A stretch of DNA of 64,000 nt from Actinomyces sp. (GCA_029851875.1 JARKVC010000030.1:21544-85543); one strand, 5' to 3'; counted from the stretch's first letter, positions 1 to 10,376 are shown. The notes: generated from the sequence alone by a model not told the origin. Translations and numbers: made by a program.

Positions 1-501
1 GATGGGGTAGGCCAGGACCACGGTGGAGTAGCCCTCAAAGCCGGCAGGTGTGGTCACGGCCAAGGGGGTGTCACGCTGCGAGACGTCCTCGTACTCCTCC
101 ACCACCCGCGAGCTGCGGTTGTTGAAGTTGAGGTCCTCCTCGCTGTAGGGCTGGGCGGGTTCGATCTCGAACAGGTCCGCGCCAAGACGCTCCGCGATCT
201 TGCCGGCCAGAGCCCGCGTGTTGCCCGTGGCGGAGAAGTAGGCCACGAGCACCGCCGCGCCCTCTCCCGCCGTCGCCGTCCCGGCTCCCGCAGTGGACTG
301 AGGCTCCCTGGTCGAACGGGCCGAGGCCGTCGCCGTCCCTGACTGGCCTGCCTCCGGGCGCCCCGCGCAGGCGGCCAGCGCACACAGGCCCGCCGCACCG
401 GCGGCACCGCCAAGCAGCAGGGCGCGGCGCCGGCTCATACCACGCCCACCAGTGCTGGTCTGCGAGGTCTCCTGGTGCGAGCGATGGTGGCTGACGTTCA
501 T
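1..501 (-). CDS. Flavodoxin-like lipoprotein with Tat-type signal (partial, runs off the window start)
   Basis: Not in the ORF track; manual translation from ATG 501 (GGAGG upstream) gives MNVSHH...MSRRRALLLGGAAGAAGLCALAAC... then VLVAYFSATGNTRALAGKIAERLGADLFEIEPAQPYS...FEGYSTVVLAYPI, the flavodoxin FMN-binding loop. Confidence 0.85.
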   Translation of the reverse strand, partial: MNVSHHRSHQETSQTSTGGRGMSRRRALLLGGAAGAAGLCALAACAGRPEAGQSGTATASARSTREPQSTAGAGTATAGEGAAVLVAYFSATGNTRALAGKIAERLGADLFEIEPAQPYSEEDLNFNNRSSRVVEEYEDVSQRDTPLAVTTPAGFEGYSTVVLAYPI

Positions 502-751
502 CTGTGTCCCCCTCCTCCGGGTTCCGCAGCCAGGCCGCGCAACCCTCCGGCTGCCTCAGGAGCGGCGCGAACGAGCATCACGAGCACTGCCCCTGAGACA
601 CTGACGCACTCATTGTGCGCATGAGGAATACGCCTGTGAAATACCATTTCAGCACAATTTCATGCACGCGACGCATAGAAGGCGCGGGCCTCTGCTGCGC
701 CGACGACGGGCGGCCCTGAGACGTGCCGCGGGGAACAGTTATCGACGACAG

Positions 752-1519
752 TCAGCAGGCGTCACCAGGCCCCTCGCCGCCCAGGACCTCCAGGGCGCGC
801 GCCGGGACGTCGGTGATGAGCGCGTCGACGTTGAGGGAGACGAGACGACGTATCTCCTGCGGGTCGTTGACCGTCCACACGTGGACCTCCAGGCCGGACA
901 GGTGCGCCTGCGCCACGAACCGTGGGGTCACCACACTCACGCCGTGGACGGCCGCGGGGACCTGGACGGCGTCCACTCGCCCGCTGGGCCGGCCCCGGCG
1001 GCTGCGAGGAAGGGCGATCCCTGCCTCAGCACGCAGCACGATGCCGGCCACGTCGAGGGTCCCCAAGGAGGTACGGGCCCGCGGCTCCTGGCGCCGCAGC
1101 GCGGCCAGACGGCGAGCGGAGAAGGAGGCAAAACGCACCCGTTCCAGCGCGCCCGCCGCCCTGACCACCTGCAGCGCGTCCTGGACCACGCCAGGCTCCT
1201 TGAGGTCGACGTTGAGCCGCAGGTCCGGGAAGGAGGACAGCAGGTCGTCCAGACGCACCGGGGGCCGTCCGTCGCCCGCGTCCAGGCCGGACAGCTCCTT
1301 CCAGGTCAGGGTCGAGACAGGCTCTGGCCTGCCTGCGGTCCGGCCCAGGTCAGGATCGTGGGACAGGACGACGACGCCGTCGGCGCTGCGCCTCAGGTCC
1401 GTCTCCATCCAGGGCAGGCCGAGCCCCACGGTGTGCTCCACCCCTGCCCAGGTGTTCTCCGGGACCTCACCCGCCCCACCGCGGTGAGGGACCACCAGGC
1501 AGCGCCGCAGCGCGCTCAT
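752..1519 (-). CDS. Glycerophosphodiester phosphodiesterase family protein
   Basis: HRGGAGEVPENT, METDLRRSADGVVVLSHD, VHVWTVND, ALITDVP motifs. Confidence 0.9.
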   Translation of the reverse strand: MSALRRCLVVPHRGGAGEVPENTWAGVEHTVGLGLPWMETDLRRSADGVVVLSHDPDLGRTAGRPEPVSTLTWKELSGLDAGDGRPPVRLDDLLSSFPDLRLNVDLKEPGVVQDALQVVRAAGALERVRFASFSARRLAALRRQEPRARTSLGTLDVAGIVLRAEAGIALPRSRRGRPSGRVDAVQVPAAVHGVSVVTPRFVAQAHLSGLEVHVWTVNDPQEIRRLVSLNVDALITDVPARALEVLGGEGPGDAC

Positions 1520-1574
1520 GCGCCTACCCCGCCGGCGCGCGACGCCGTCGCGCGCTCCCGCCCGCCCGCCACGG

Positions 1575-2819
1575 TCACAGGCAGCTGGAGGTCAGCTCGG
1601 CAGCGCCGTGCTCGGCGAGCCAGGTGCTCGGGTCGACGGTGGTCTCGTCAGCGCTGTCGTTGGCGGTGCGGACCTCGAAGTGCAGGTGCGCGCCGGTCGA
1701 GCGCCCGGTCGAGCCGACCCCGGCGATGAGCTGGCCGGCACCGACCTCGTCCCCGACCTGCACGTAGATTCCGTCCTCGTACATGTGCAGGTAGCTCGTG
1801 TACCAGGTCTTGCCGTCGATCTCGTGCTCGATGACCACCGTGCCCGTGCCGTCGGAGGACATCCCGGCGGTGACGACCTTGCCGGCGGCCGCCGCGTAGA
1901 TCGGGGTGCCGACGGCGGCCGCGTAGTCCTGCCCAGCGTGCAGCTTGAGGTAGCCGAGCGTGGGGTGGATGCGGTAGCCGTAGGGCGAGGAGACGGTGTA
2001 CGTGCCTGCCACCATCGGGTTGACGACCTCAGGTGCCTGGGTAAAGGCAGCGGTGTCACCCGAGGCTCCCGCCGGCTGGACCGTACAGGTCTGAGCGTTG
2101 AGGTAGGCCTCGCGAATACGCGCCAGGGTCGCGGCATCCGGCACGTTGGACAGCGCGGCGTCGGTCGACTCGTCCAGGTCGGCGTCGGAGCCCAGGACCG
2201 AGGCCGCCACGGAGGAGGCGGCAGCCGTGGCGGCGGCGGTCGCCGCCGCCCGGGCCTGCACCACCGAGGCGCTGGCCTGGCTGAAGAGGCTGATGCGTGA
2301 GCTGAGCGGAGCCAGCACGGTCACCGAGGCCAGCACCACCAGGACGCCGATGCGCCCGGCTGTGCCGAGCGAGGTGCCGGTCGCGGGCCGTGGGCCCGAG
2401 GCCGGCCCGGGGAGGGTCGGGCGGTGGGCGGTGGTCTCCTGGCGGTCACGGCCGGAGGGACGACGGCGGGAACGCTCGATCGCACGCCGCTGCGTGCGCG
2501 AGAGGGTCGTCGGCCGCGGCTCCTCGGCGAGAGCCTGCTCCAGCTGCTCAGCCAATGGCGTCGGAGGGACCTGGCCGGGCTCGGCCTGCGGAACCTGCGG
2601 GATGTCCTCGGTGTCCGCTGAGGAGAAGTCGACCGGTTCCTGCGGGCTGACGGCGAGCGGGCCCTGGGCCGCCGCCTGCGCCGCGCGCTCGGCGTCGCGT
2701 CGCTGACGGCGCGTCATCGGCTGGGAACTCACGCCACGGGCCTCCACAAGCTGCTGGGTCACCGTGCTGCCAGAGCCGGTCGCACGGTCGGGCGGCGGCT
2801 CGTCAAGAGGAACCGCCAC
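1575..2819 (-). CDS. M23 family peptidoglycan metallopeptidase with low-complexity N-terminus and TM segment (start uncertain)
   Basis: HAGQD (HxxxD), YLHM and STGAHLHFEV (HxH) LytM motifs. Confidence 0.88.
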   Translation of the reverse strand: MAVPLDEPPPDRATGSGSTVTQQLVEARGVSSQPMTRRQRRDAERAAQAAAQGPLAVSPQEPVDFSSADTEDIPQVPQAEPGQVPPTPLAEQLEQALAEEPRPTTLSRTQRRAIERSRRRPSGRDRQETTAHRPTLPGPASGPRPATGTSLGTAGRIGVLVVLASVTVLAPLSSRISLFSQASASVVQARAAATAAATAAASSVAASVLGSDADLDESTDAALSNVPDAATLARIREAYLNAQTCTVQPAGASGDTAAFTQAPEVVNPMVAGTYTVSSPYGYRIHPTLGYLKLHAGQDYAAAVGTPIYAAAAGKVVTAGMSSDGTGTVVIEHEIDGKTWYTSYLHMYEDGIYVQVGDEVGAGQLIAGVGSTGRSTGAHLHFEVRTANDSADETTVDPSTWLAEHGAAELTSSCL

Positions 2820-2889
2820 AGGGGACGATAACGATCAGATGACGGATACGCCAGGGCCAGGCCCGCAACTGTGGACAGTGCCACGCTCC

Positions 2890-3963
2890 TCAGGAGCGCT
2901 CGCGACGCTGGTGCTCCTCACGCTGCATCGCGTCGTTGACCTCTCCGACCAGCTCCTCCAGGACGTCCTCCAGGAAGAGCACCCCGAGCATGCGCCCTTC
3001 AGCGTCCTCCACCCGTCCCAGGTGCGCGCCGGTGCGCTGCATCGCGGCCAGCGCGTCCTCGATCTCAGCCTCCGCCCGCACCGGCACCAGGGCCCGCGCC
3101 CGCCAGGCCGGCACAGGCTGGGTACGTTCGGCCGCCTCGGCGTACAGGACGTCCTTGAGGTGGAGGTAGCCGGTGACCTGCGGGCGCTCGTGCGCACCCG
3201 GGCGCACCAGCGGGAAGCGCGAGTACCCGGTGTCGGTCACGGCGCGCTCGACGTCCTCGGGGGTGCATCCCTGCGGCAGGGTCACCAGGTCGCCCAGGGC
3301 GACCATGGCCGAGCCCGCGGTCTCCTCGGAGAACTCCAGCGCCCCGGTCAACAGGCCAGAGTCGTCCTCCAGCACCCCTTCGGCGGTCGAGCGCTCGACG
3401 ATCGAGGCGACCTCAGCGGCGTTGAAGGTGGCCGAGACCTCGTCCTTGGTCTCGATCCCCATCCGGTGCAGCACCCAGTTGGCGAAGCCGTTGAGGGCAG
3501 TGACCACCGGGCCGAAGACCCGTGAGACCCACACCAGCGGCGGAGCCAGCCACCGCACAGCGGTCTCGGGCGCGGAGATGGAGATGTTCTTGGGCACCAT
3601 CTCCCCGGCCACGACGTGGAAGTAGACCACGACGACCAGCGCGATGACGACGGCCACGGCATGAGCGCCGGTCGCCCCCACACCGACCTTCTCCAGCAGC
3701 GGCTGGATCATGTGGGCGATCGCCGGCTCCGCGACCACCCCCAGGCCGGTCGAGCACAGCGTCACGCCCAGCTGGGCCGTGGCCAGCATGCGCGAGACGT
3801 GCTCCAGCGCCCACAGCGCCGTCGCAGCCTTGGAGTCACCGGCCTCAGCCAGGGGCTCGAGCTGGGAGCGGCGCGAGGAGGTGACTGCGAACTCCGCGCC
3901 CACAAAGAAGGCGTTGCCCAGGAGGAGAAGGACCGTGACGGTCAGGGCGGCGGGGGTGCTCAT
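2890..3963 (-). CDS. Hemolysin-family CNNM (DUF21)+CBS domain membrane protein
   Basis: NAFFVGAEFA, GEMVPKN, GYSRFP and LEDVLEELVGE motifs; overlaps the upstream paralog by 4 bp. Confidence 0.9.
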   Translation of the reverse strand: MSTPAALTVTVLLLLGNAFFVGAEFAVTSSRRSQLEPLAEAGDSKAATALWALEHVSRMLATAQLGVTLCSTGLGVVAEPAIAHMIQPLLEKVGVGATGAHAVAVVIALVVVVYFHVVAGEMVPKNISISAPETAVRWLAPPLVWVSRVFGPVVTALNGFANWVLHRMGIETKDEVSATFNAAEVASIVERSTAEGVLEDDSGLLTGALEFSEETAGSAMVALGDLVTLPQGCTPEDVERAVTDTGYSRFPLVRPGAHERPQVTGYLHLKDVLYAEAAERTQPVPAWRARALVPVRAEAEIEDALAAMQRTGAHLGRVEDAEGRMLGVLFLEDVLEELVGEVNDAMQREEHQRRERS

Positions 3964-5288
3964 CGCTCCTCCTCCGCGCTGTCCTCGCTCAGGTCCAGGG
4001 CCCGTGCCCGCAGGCGCGTGACGCGCCGCCCCTCCATCGCCTCCACGGTCAGGCGGGCCCGCGCCGTGGTGACGACGTCGCCGATCTGCGGGATGCGCCC
4101 CAGCTCGGCCATGACCAGCCCACCGAGGGTCTCGTAAGGGCCGTCGTCGGGCACGTGGACGTCAGCGCGTGCCGCCAGCTCGTCCGGACGCATCCAGCCC
4201 GGCACGATCCAGTGGCCGTCAGCGTCCATGTGGACCCCGCCGCGGCGCCGGTCGTGCTCGTCGGCCACGTCACCCACGATCTCCTCGACCGCGTCCTCCA
4301 GGGTCACGACCCCGGCCGTTCCCCCGTACTCGTCGACGACGATGGCCATCTGGCTGCCCGTCGCCCGCAGCTCGACCAGGAGCGAGGCCAGCGGCATGGT
4401 CTCAGGCACGCGCGGTGCCGGGGTCATGAGCGAGGAGGAGGCCACGGACACCGAGGAGCGGCGCTCGAAGGGCACGGCGATGGCTCGGCGCAGGTGGACC
4501 ACCCCGAGCACGTCGTCGACGTCCTCGCCGATGACCGGGAAGCGCGAGTGCCCGGTGGCCCGTGCCAGCTCCACCACGGCGTCCGCCGTCGCGTCCGCCT
4601 CCAGGGTGTGCAGGCGCCCTCGGTCCGTCATGACGTCGACGGCGGTCAGGCGCCCCACCCCGATGGAGCGGGTGAGCAGGGTGGCGGTGGAGACGTCGAG
4701 CGTGCCCTCCTCGGCGCTGTGGCGCACCAGCGCCGCCAGCTCACCGGCGGACCGCGTCCCGCTGATCTCCTCAGCCGGCTCGATGCCCAGGCGGTGCAGG
4801 ACCAGGTTGGCGGTGTCGTTGAGGACGACGATAACGGGCTTGAGCACCGTCGTGAAGGCCATGAGCAACGGGGCCACCACGCCGGCGGCACGCAGCGGGT
4901 CAGCCAGGGTCGCGTTCTTCGGGATGAGCTCGCCGACCACCATGGAGAAGGCGTTGACCAGGACGAGCGCCGTCACGGCCGCGACGCCGGCGGCCACGGA
5001 CTGCGCCGCCCAGCCCGCCATGGTCTCCTCCAGCAGCGAGGCCAGCGCGTCCTGCATCGTGTAGCCCAGCAGGATCGTGGTCAGCGTGATGCCCACCTGC
5101 GCCCCCGACAGGAGCGTGGACAGGCGCCCCAGGGCCTTGCGCACGGTCACCGCACGGCGGTCCCCCTCAGCGGTACGCGTCTCCACGGTCGAGGGGTCAA
5201 GGGCCACCAGCGAGAACTCTCCTGCCACGAAGACGGCGGTTCCTGCGGTCAGGACCACGCCCAGGGCGATCATGAGCCAGTGGGTCAT
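3960..5288 (-). CDS. Hemolysin-family CNNM+CBS+CorC_HlyC protein
   Basis: FVAGEFS, GELIPKN, GHSRFP, VDEYGGTAGVVTLED and YETLGG motifs; start set at MTHW. Confidence 0.9.
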   Translation of the reverse strand: MTHWLMIALGVVLTAGTAVFVAGEFSLVALDPSTVETRTAEGDRRAVTVRKALGRLSTLLSGAQVGITLTTILLGYTMQDALASLLEETMAGWAAQSVAAGVAAVTALVLVNAFSMVVGELIPKNATLADPLRAAGVVAPLLMAFTTVLKPVIVVLNDTANLVLHRLGIEPAEEISGTRSAGELAALVRHSAEEGTLDVSTATLLTRSIGVGRLTAVDVMTDRGRLHTLEADATADAVVELARATGHSRFPVIGEDVDDVLGVVHLRRAIAVPFERRSSVSVASSSLMTPAPRVPETMPLASLLVELRATGSQMAIVVDEYGGTAGVVTLEDAVEEIVGDVADEHDRRRGGVHMDADGHWIVPGWMRPDELAARADVHVPDDGPYETLGGLVMAELGRIPQIGDVVTTARARLTVEAMEGRRVTRLRARALDLSEDSAEEER

Positions 5289-5608
5289 GCCGCCCACCCG
5301 CCACGGGCCGGGCACGAGCCGCTCGCACCAGCGGTCTCAGGGTGCGGATGGTCAGGTTCGGTCAGCTGGCCGGTGGCGCGAGAGCGCGGTCGGCGGGCGT
5401 GTCGTCGCATAGTGCTGAGCACCGTATCACCGACACAGCCGCGTGCCGCCAAGGAGCCAACCAGTCCAGTGCCTTTGGTCCCGCATTTTGCTCACACCGC
5501 CAGCCCCTCCCCCCTAGGATGGTCCAGGACACAGCGCCGAGACTCGCCCCACCCACCCGGGCCCGCCTGCGCAGCGCTGCGACGAGGCACCAACGAGGAG
5601 AGACCACA

Positions 5609-8600
5609 GTGTCGAGCCACAACAGCACCACCCCGGACTTCGGAGCCAACGAGTGGATGGTGGAGGAGATGCGGGACGCCTGGCTGAAGGACCCCGCCTC
5701 GGTCTCACCACAGTGGCGCTCCCTGTTCGAGTCCGAGTCCGGTCACCTTCCCGGCACGGACAGCCAAGCCGCCCCCGGCCAGTCTGCGACCAAGGTCCCA
5801 CCTTCCGGCACCTCCTCCCCCCTCCTCGCAGCGACGCCGTCGTCCCCTGCCCCCCGTCCCGCCCCCCACCAGCCCCTGCGCAGCGAGGACGCCCTGCCCG
5901 AGACCGGGGCCGGCGCCGCGCCCCACCGCCAGGCCTCCCCCGTCCAGGACGTCACCCGCTCCGACCTGCCCCCGGCCCCCGCCTCCGACGCCGCTCCGCC
6001 CACCTCCCCCTACGCCCACCAGCGCGCCCTGCTGCGCGCGCTCGACCTGGCCGACCAGGTCCACGAGGAGGACACCCAGACGCGCATGAAGGGCGCCGCA
6101 GCGCGCACCGCCAGGAACATGGAGGACTCGTTGTCGATCCCGACGGCGACCTCCGCCCGCGCGGTGCCCGCCAAGGTCCTCATCGAGAACCGCGCCATCA
6201 TCAACCAGCACCTGTCCCGTACCCGCGGCGGCAAGGTCTCCTTCACCCACCTCATCGGCTGGGCCGTGGTCGAGGCCATGGCCGAGATGCCGGGGATGAA
6301 CGTCTCCTACTCCGTGGACGCCGCAGGCAAGCCCGTCCTGCACGAGCCGGCCCACGTCGGGTTCGGCCTGGCCGTCGACGTCCCCGCGCCAGGCGGCGAG
6401 CGCCGCCTGCTGGTCCCCTCCGTCAAGCGCGCCGACGAGCTGGACCTGGCAGGCTTCGTCGCCGCCTACGAGGCCCTGGTCCGCAAGGCGCGCGACGGCA
6501 GGCTGGAGGTCGACGACTTCCGGGGTACGACCGTGACCCTGACCAACCCCGGCATGATCGGGACCCTGCACTCGGTGCCCCGTCTCATGCCTGGGCAGGG
6601 CGCCATCATCGGAGTGGGGTCCATGGCCTACCCCGCCGCCTTCGCCGGGGCCAGCGAGGAGACGCTGGCGCGTCAGGGCGTCGGCAAGACGGTGACGCTG
6701 ACCTCCACCTATGACCACCGCGTCATCCAGGGAGCGCTCTCCGGGGAGTTCCTGCGGCTGGTCGAGCGCAAGCTCCTGGGCCTGGACGGGTTCTGGGACC
6801 GCTGCTTCTCCTCGGTGCGCGTGCCTCACGAGCCCATCCGCTGGGAGCGCGACACCACCTACGACCCTGAGCTGGAGACCGGCAAGCCCGCACGCGTGGC
6901 CGAACTCATCCACGCCTTCCGCCAGCGCGGTCACCTGGCCGCGGACACCGACCCGCTGACCTTCCGGCTGCGCCGTCACCCCGACCTGTCCCTGTCCAGC
7001 TACGGCCTGAGCCTGTGGGACCTGGACCGCACCTTCCCCACCGGCGGGCTCGGTGGCACCGAGCGGGCCACGCTGCGCCAGATCCTGGAGCGCCTGCGCG
7101 AGGCCTACTGCCGCACGGTGGGCGTGGAGTACATGCACATCCAGGACCCGGCCCAGCGCCGCTGGTGGCAGGAGCGCCTGGAGGCGGAGTGGGAGGCCAC
7201 CACGAGCGCCGAGCGGCGCCGCATCCTCACCAAGCTCGCCCAGGCAGAGGCCTTCGAGACCTTCCTGCAGACCAAGTACGTCGGTCAGAAGCGCTTCAGC
7301 CTGGAGGGCGGTGAGTCCCTCATCGTGCTGCTGGACCGGCTGCTGGACGAGGCTGCCCACGACGGCCTGGACGAGGTCGTCATCGGGATGGCTCACCGAG
7401 GCCGTCTCAACGTGCTGACCAACATCGCCGGCAAGTCCTACGGCCAGGTCTTCGACGAGTTCGACGGCAACGGCGTCATCGTCGGCGCAGGCACCGGCGA
7501 CGTGAAGTACCACCTGGGCACCGAGGGCGTCTACACCGGTACCGAGGGCGTGACCACCCGGGTGTCCCTGGCTGCCAACCCCTCCCACCTGGAGACGGTC
7601 GACGGCGTGGTCGAGGGCATCGTGCGCGCCAAGCAGGACCGCATCGGCCTGGGAGACAAGGGCTACACCGTCATGCCGGTCCTCGTCCACGGCGACGCCG
7701 CCTTCGCCGGCCAGGGCGTGGTCTACGAGACCCTCAACATGAGCCAGCTGCGCGCCTACCGTACGGGCGGGACGGTGCACGTCGTCGTCAACAACCAGAT
7801 CGGCTTCACCACCGGCTCAGCCTCGGGACGCTCGACCACCTACGCCACGGACCTGGCCAAGGGCCTGCAGGTGCCGATCTTCCACGTCAACGCCGACGAC
7901 CCGGAGACTGTGGCACGCGCGGCGCGCCACGCCTACGAGTACCGCGCGACCTTCCACAAGGACGTCATCATCGACCTCATCTGCTACCGCCGCCGCGGGC
8001 ACAACGAGGGCGACGACCCGTCGATGACTCAGCCGGTCATGTACCACCTCATCGACTCCCTGCCCTCCACCCGCGAGGTCTACACCCGCGACCTGGTGGG
8101 CCGCGGTGACATCACGGCCGAGGACGCCAAGGCGATCGAGGACGCCTTCCACGACGAGCTGGAGCGGATCTTCACCGAGACCCGCGCCGCCCACCGGGAC
8201 GAGGCCTCCGGCACGGCCGACCGCGCGCAGGACGAGGCCGAGGGCCGCTCCCAGGCTGATCCCACTCAGGTCGGGCTGGCCCGCACGAGCCTGGAGGTCC
8301 CGGCCTCCCAGGAGGCGGGCGCCGGCATGATGATCGGGTGGACCAGCGCGGTGGGCCGCGACGTCGTCGAGCGCATCGGCGACTCCCAGGTCGCCTACCC
8401 CGAAGGCTTCACGATCCACCCCAAGCTCGCCACGATGCTGACCAGGCGCCAGCAGGCGACACGTGAGGGAGGCATCGACTGGGGCCTGGGCGAGCTCATC
8501 GCCCTGGGGTCCCTCCTCATGGAGGGCGTGCCCGTGCGCCTGGCGGGTGAGGACGCGCGCCGCGCCACCTTCGCCCAGCGTCACGCGGTCCTGCACGACA

Positions 8601-9508
8601 ACGCCAACGGCCAGGAGTGGACGCCGCTGGACTTCCTGACCCCGGACCAGGCTCCGCTGGAGATCTACGACTCCTTGCTCAGCGAGTACGCGGCGATGGC
8701 CTTCGAGTACGGCTACTCGGTCGAGCGTCCTGAGGCGCTGACCATGTGGGAGGCCCAGTTCGGAGACTTCGCCAACGGCGCGCAGTCCGTGATCGATGAG
8801 TACGTCACCTCCGCCACCCAGAAGTGGGGTCAGCGCTCCGGACTCGTTCTCCTGCTCCCCCACGGTCAGGAGGGACAGGGCCCGGACCACTCCTCGGCAC
8901 GCATCGAGCGCTACCTGCAGATGTGCGCCCAGGACAACATGTGGGTGGTCATGCCCTCGACCCCGGCCAACCACTTCCACATGCTGCGTGAGCAGGCCTA
9001 CCGCCGTCCGCGCCGACCGTTGGTGGTCTTCACCCCCAAGCAGCTGCTGCGCCTCAAGACCGCCTCCAGCGCGGTGGAGGAGTTCACCACGGGTACCTTC
9101 AAGCCGGTGATTGGCGAGGTGGACCCGGCTGTGGCCTCAGGAACCGGCGTGACCCGTGTGCTCGTGTGCTCGGGCCGTGTCTACTACGACCTCCTGGCCG
9201 AGCGCTCCAGGCGCGGCGACTCCTCGGTGGCGATCGTGCGCCTGGAGCAGCTCTACCCGCTGCCCGGGGCCGAGCTGGCCCAGGCGCTGGCACCCTTCGC
9301 GGGTGCGCAGGTGTGCTGGGTCCAGGACGAGGCCGCGAACCAGGGCGTGTGGCCCTACCTCGGTCTGCACCTGCCGGAGGCGATGACGGCGGCCGGCGCG
9401 GTCCGGCTCGTCTCGCGCCCTGAGGCCGCCGCTCCCGCCGTCGGTACGGCCGGTGCCTACAAGCGCACTCAGGCCGAGCTCGTGGCCCGGGCCTTCGCCC
9501 GGGAGTGA
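5609..9508 (+). CDS. kgd: Multifunctional 2-oxoglutarate dehydrogenase/decarboxylase (E2 acyltransferase-E1 fusion)
   Basis: FGANEW N-terminus, TYDHRVIQGA, GMAHRGRLN, HGDAAFAGQG, WEAQFGDF; GTG at 5609 with GAGGAG RBS. Confidence 0.96.
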   Translation: MSSHNSTTPDFGANEWMVEEMRDAWLKDPASVSPQWRSLFESESGHLPGTDSQAAPGQSATKVPPSGTSSPLLAATPSSPAPRPAPHQPLRSEDALPETGAGAAPHRQASPVQDVTRSDLPPAPASDAAPPTSPYAHQRALLRALDLADQVHEEDTQTRMKGAAARTARNMEDSLSIPTATSARAVPAKVLIENRAIINQHLSRTRGGKVSFTHLIGWAVVEAMAEMPGMNVSYSVDAAGKPVLHEPAHVGFGLAVDVPAPGGERRLLVPSVKRADELDLAGFVAAYEALVRKARDGRLEVDDFRGTTVTLTNPGMIGTLHSVPRLMPGQGAIIGVGSMAYPAAFAGASEETLARQGVGKTVTLTSTYDHRVIQGALSGEFLRLVERKLLGLDGFWDRCFSSVRVPHEPIRWERDTTYDPELETGKPARVAELIHAFRQRGHLAADTDPLTFRLRRHPDLSLSSYGLSLWDLDRTFPTGGLGGTERATLRQILERLREAYCRTVGVEYMHIQDPAQRRWWQERLEAEWEATTSAERRRILTKLAQAEAFETFLQTKYVGQKRFSLEGGESLIVLLDRLLDEAAHDGLDEVVIGMAHRGRLNVLTNIAGKSYGQVFDEFDGNGVIVGAGTGDVKYHLGTEGVYTGTEGVTTRVSLAANPSHLETVDGVVEGIVRAKQDRIGLGDKGYTVMPVLVHGDAAFAGQGVVYETLNMSQLRAYRTGGTVHVVVNNQIGFTTGSASGRSTTYATDLAKGLQVPIFHVNADDPETVARAARHAYEYRATFHKDVIIDLICYRRRGHNEGDDPSMTQPVMYHLIDSLPSTREVYTRDLVGRGDITAEDAKAIEDAFHDELERIFTETRAAHRDEASGTADRAQDEAEGRSQADPTQVGLARTSLEVPASQEAGAGMMIGWTSAVGRDVVERIGDSQVAYPEGFTIHPKLATMLTRRQQATREGGIDWGLGELIALGSLLMEGVPVRLAGEDARRATFAQRHAVLHDNANGQEWTPLDFLTPDQAPLEIYDSLLSEYAAMAFEYGYSVERPEALTMWEAQFGDFANGAQSVIDEYVTSATQKWGQRSGLVLLLPHGQEGQGPDHSSARIERYLQMCAQDNMWVVMPSTPANHFHMLREQAYRRPRRPLVVFTPKQLLRLKTASSAVEEFTTGTFKPVIGEVDPAVASGTGVTRVLVCSGRVYYDLLAERSRRGDSSVAIVRLEQLYPLPGAELAQALAPFAGAQVCWVQDEAANQGVWPYLGLHLPEAMTAAGAVRLVSRPEAAAPAVGTAGAYKRTQAELVARAFARE

Positions 9509-9520
9509 CGCTCCTCCTGC

Positions 9521-9593
9521 CGCGAGTGTGCAGGTAGGGGGTCGGGTGTGTACCTCCAGGCTGCACACTCAACCCCGCACCTGCACACTCGCG
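9521..9593. repeat. Palindromic REP-like element, GAGTGTGCA family, copy 1 (solo)
   Basis: 15-bp perfect terminal IR CGCGAGTGTGCAGGT...ACCTGCACACTCGCG with inner GGGTGTGTA/TGCACACTC cores; homologous to copies at 10297 and 11524. Confidence 0.9.
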
Positions 9594-9688
9594 CGCTGAT
9601 CAGGCGGACTGTGCCCTGTCGTTACCGCGCCGCGCACGTGCCAGGCGGTAGCGTCAGTCGCACAGGCAGGCGACAAGGAAGGACTCCC

Positions 9689-10279
9689 GTGGAGCAGACG
9701 CGGATCCACTTCATCGGCGACGAGCTCGTAGCCGGCTACGGCGACGCCCGTGCGCTGGGCTGGACCGGCCGCGTCATGGCTCGCACGCGCGGAGCCGACG
9801 CCACCGTCTTCACCCTCGCTGTCCCCTCCGAGACGACGGCCCAGCTCGCCCAGCGCTGGCACGAGGAGGTCGCCCGCCGCACGATCCACGGCGGGGTCAA
9901 CCGCCTGGTCATCGGCGTAGGTGCGGCCGACGTCGTCGCCGGGGTCTCGCCGGCTCGTAGCCGCCTGGCGCTGGCCAACATCCTGGACGCCGCCTCCAGC
10001 GAGCACCGACCGTGCCTCGTGGTAGGGCCGCCACCTCTGCCGGCCGTGGACCCGGACGCCACCGCCAGGCTCTCTCACGCGGTCAGCGAGGTCTGCAGCC
10101 GGCGCGGCATCCCCTTCGTCGAGACCTTCAACGCCTTGCGCAACCACGATCAGTGGGAGACGGACACGGCCAGTGCCGGCGGCACGCACCCGGGGCAGGC
10201 CGGCTACGGGCTCATGGCCTGGCTGGTGCTGCACCGTGGCTGGTACGAGTGGATGGGCGTGGCCGAGCCGACGGCCTAG
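9689..10279 (+). CDS. SGNH/GDSL-like hydrolase
   Basis: FIGDELVAGYGD block I variant, HPGQAGY block V; GTG after AAGGA. Confidence 0.8.
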   Translation: MEQTRIHFIGDELVAGYGDARALGWTGRVMARTRGADATVFTLAVPSETTAQLAQRWHEEVARRTIHGGVNRLVIGVGAADVVAGVSPARSRLALANILDAASSEHRPCLVVGPPPLPAVDPDATARLSHAVSEVCSRRGIPFVETFNALRNHDQWETDTASAGGTHPGQAGYGLMAWLVLHRGWYEWMGVAEPTA

Positions 10280-10296
10280 CCTTCCCCTCCTCCTCA

Positions 10297-10373
10297 AGCG
10301 CGAGTGTGCAGGTGTGGGCGTGAGTGTGCACCTCCGGGTTGCACACTCGTCTGCGTACCTGCACACTCGCGCT
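10297..10373. repeat. Palindromic REP-like element, GAGTGTGCA family, copy 2
   Basis: 17-bp perfect terminal IR AGCGCGAGTGTGCAGGT...ACCTGCACACTCGCGCT; four cores (two forward 20 bp apart, two reverse 20 bp apart); ends 3 bp from the stop codon of the 10377 gene. Confidence 0.93.
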
Positions 10374-10376
10374 CGG

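Noticed and set aside
5342-5608. N-terminal extension of kgd (and similar extensions of sigR, moaA, moaE, moeA, narK, uppP, hpf)
   Set aside because: Conserved sequence and RBS or -10 signals begin at downstream starts; open frames upstream are expected at high GC.
5705-7780. Long antisense or shifted ORFs (e.g. 5705-7780, 18909-20759, 34333-35865, 50778-52520)
   Set aside because: Shadows of well-supported genes caused by high-GC codon bias.
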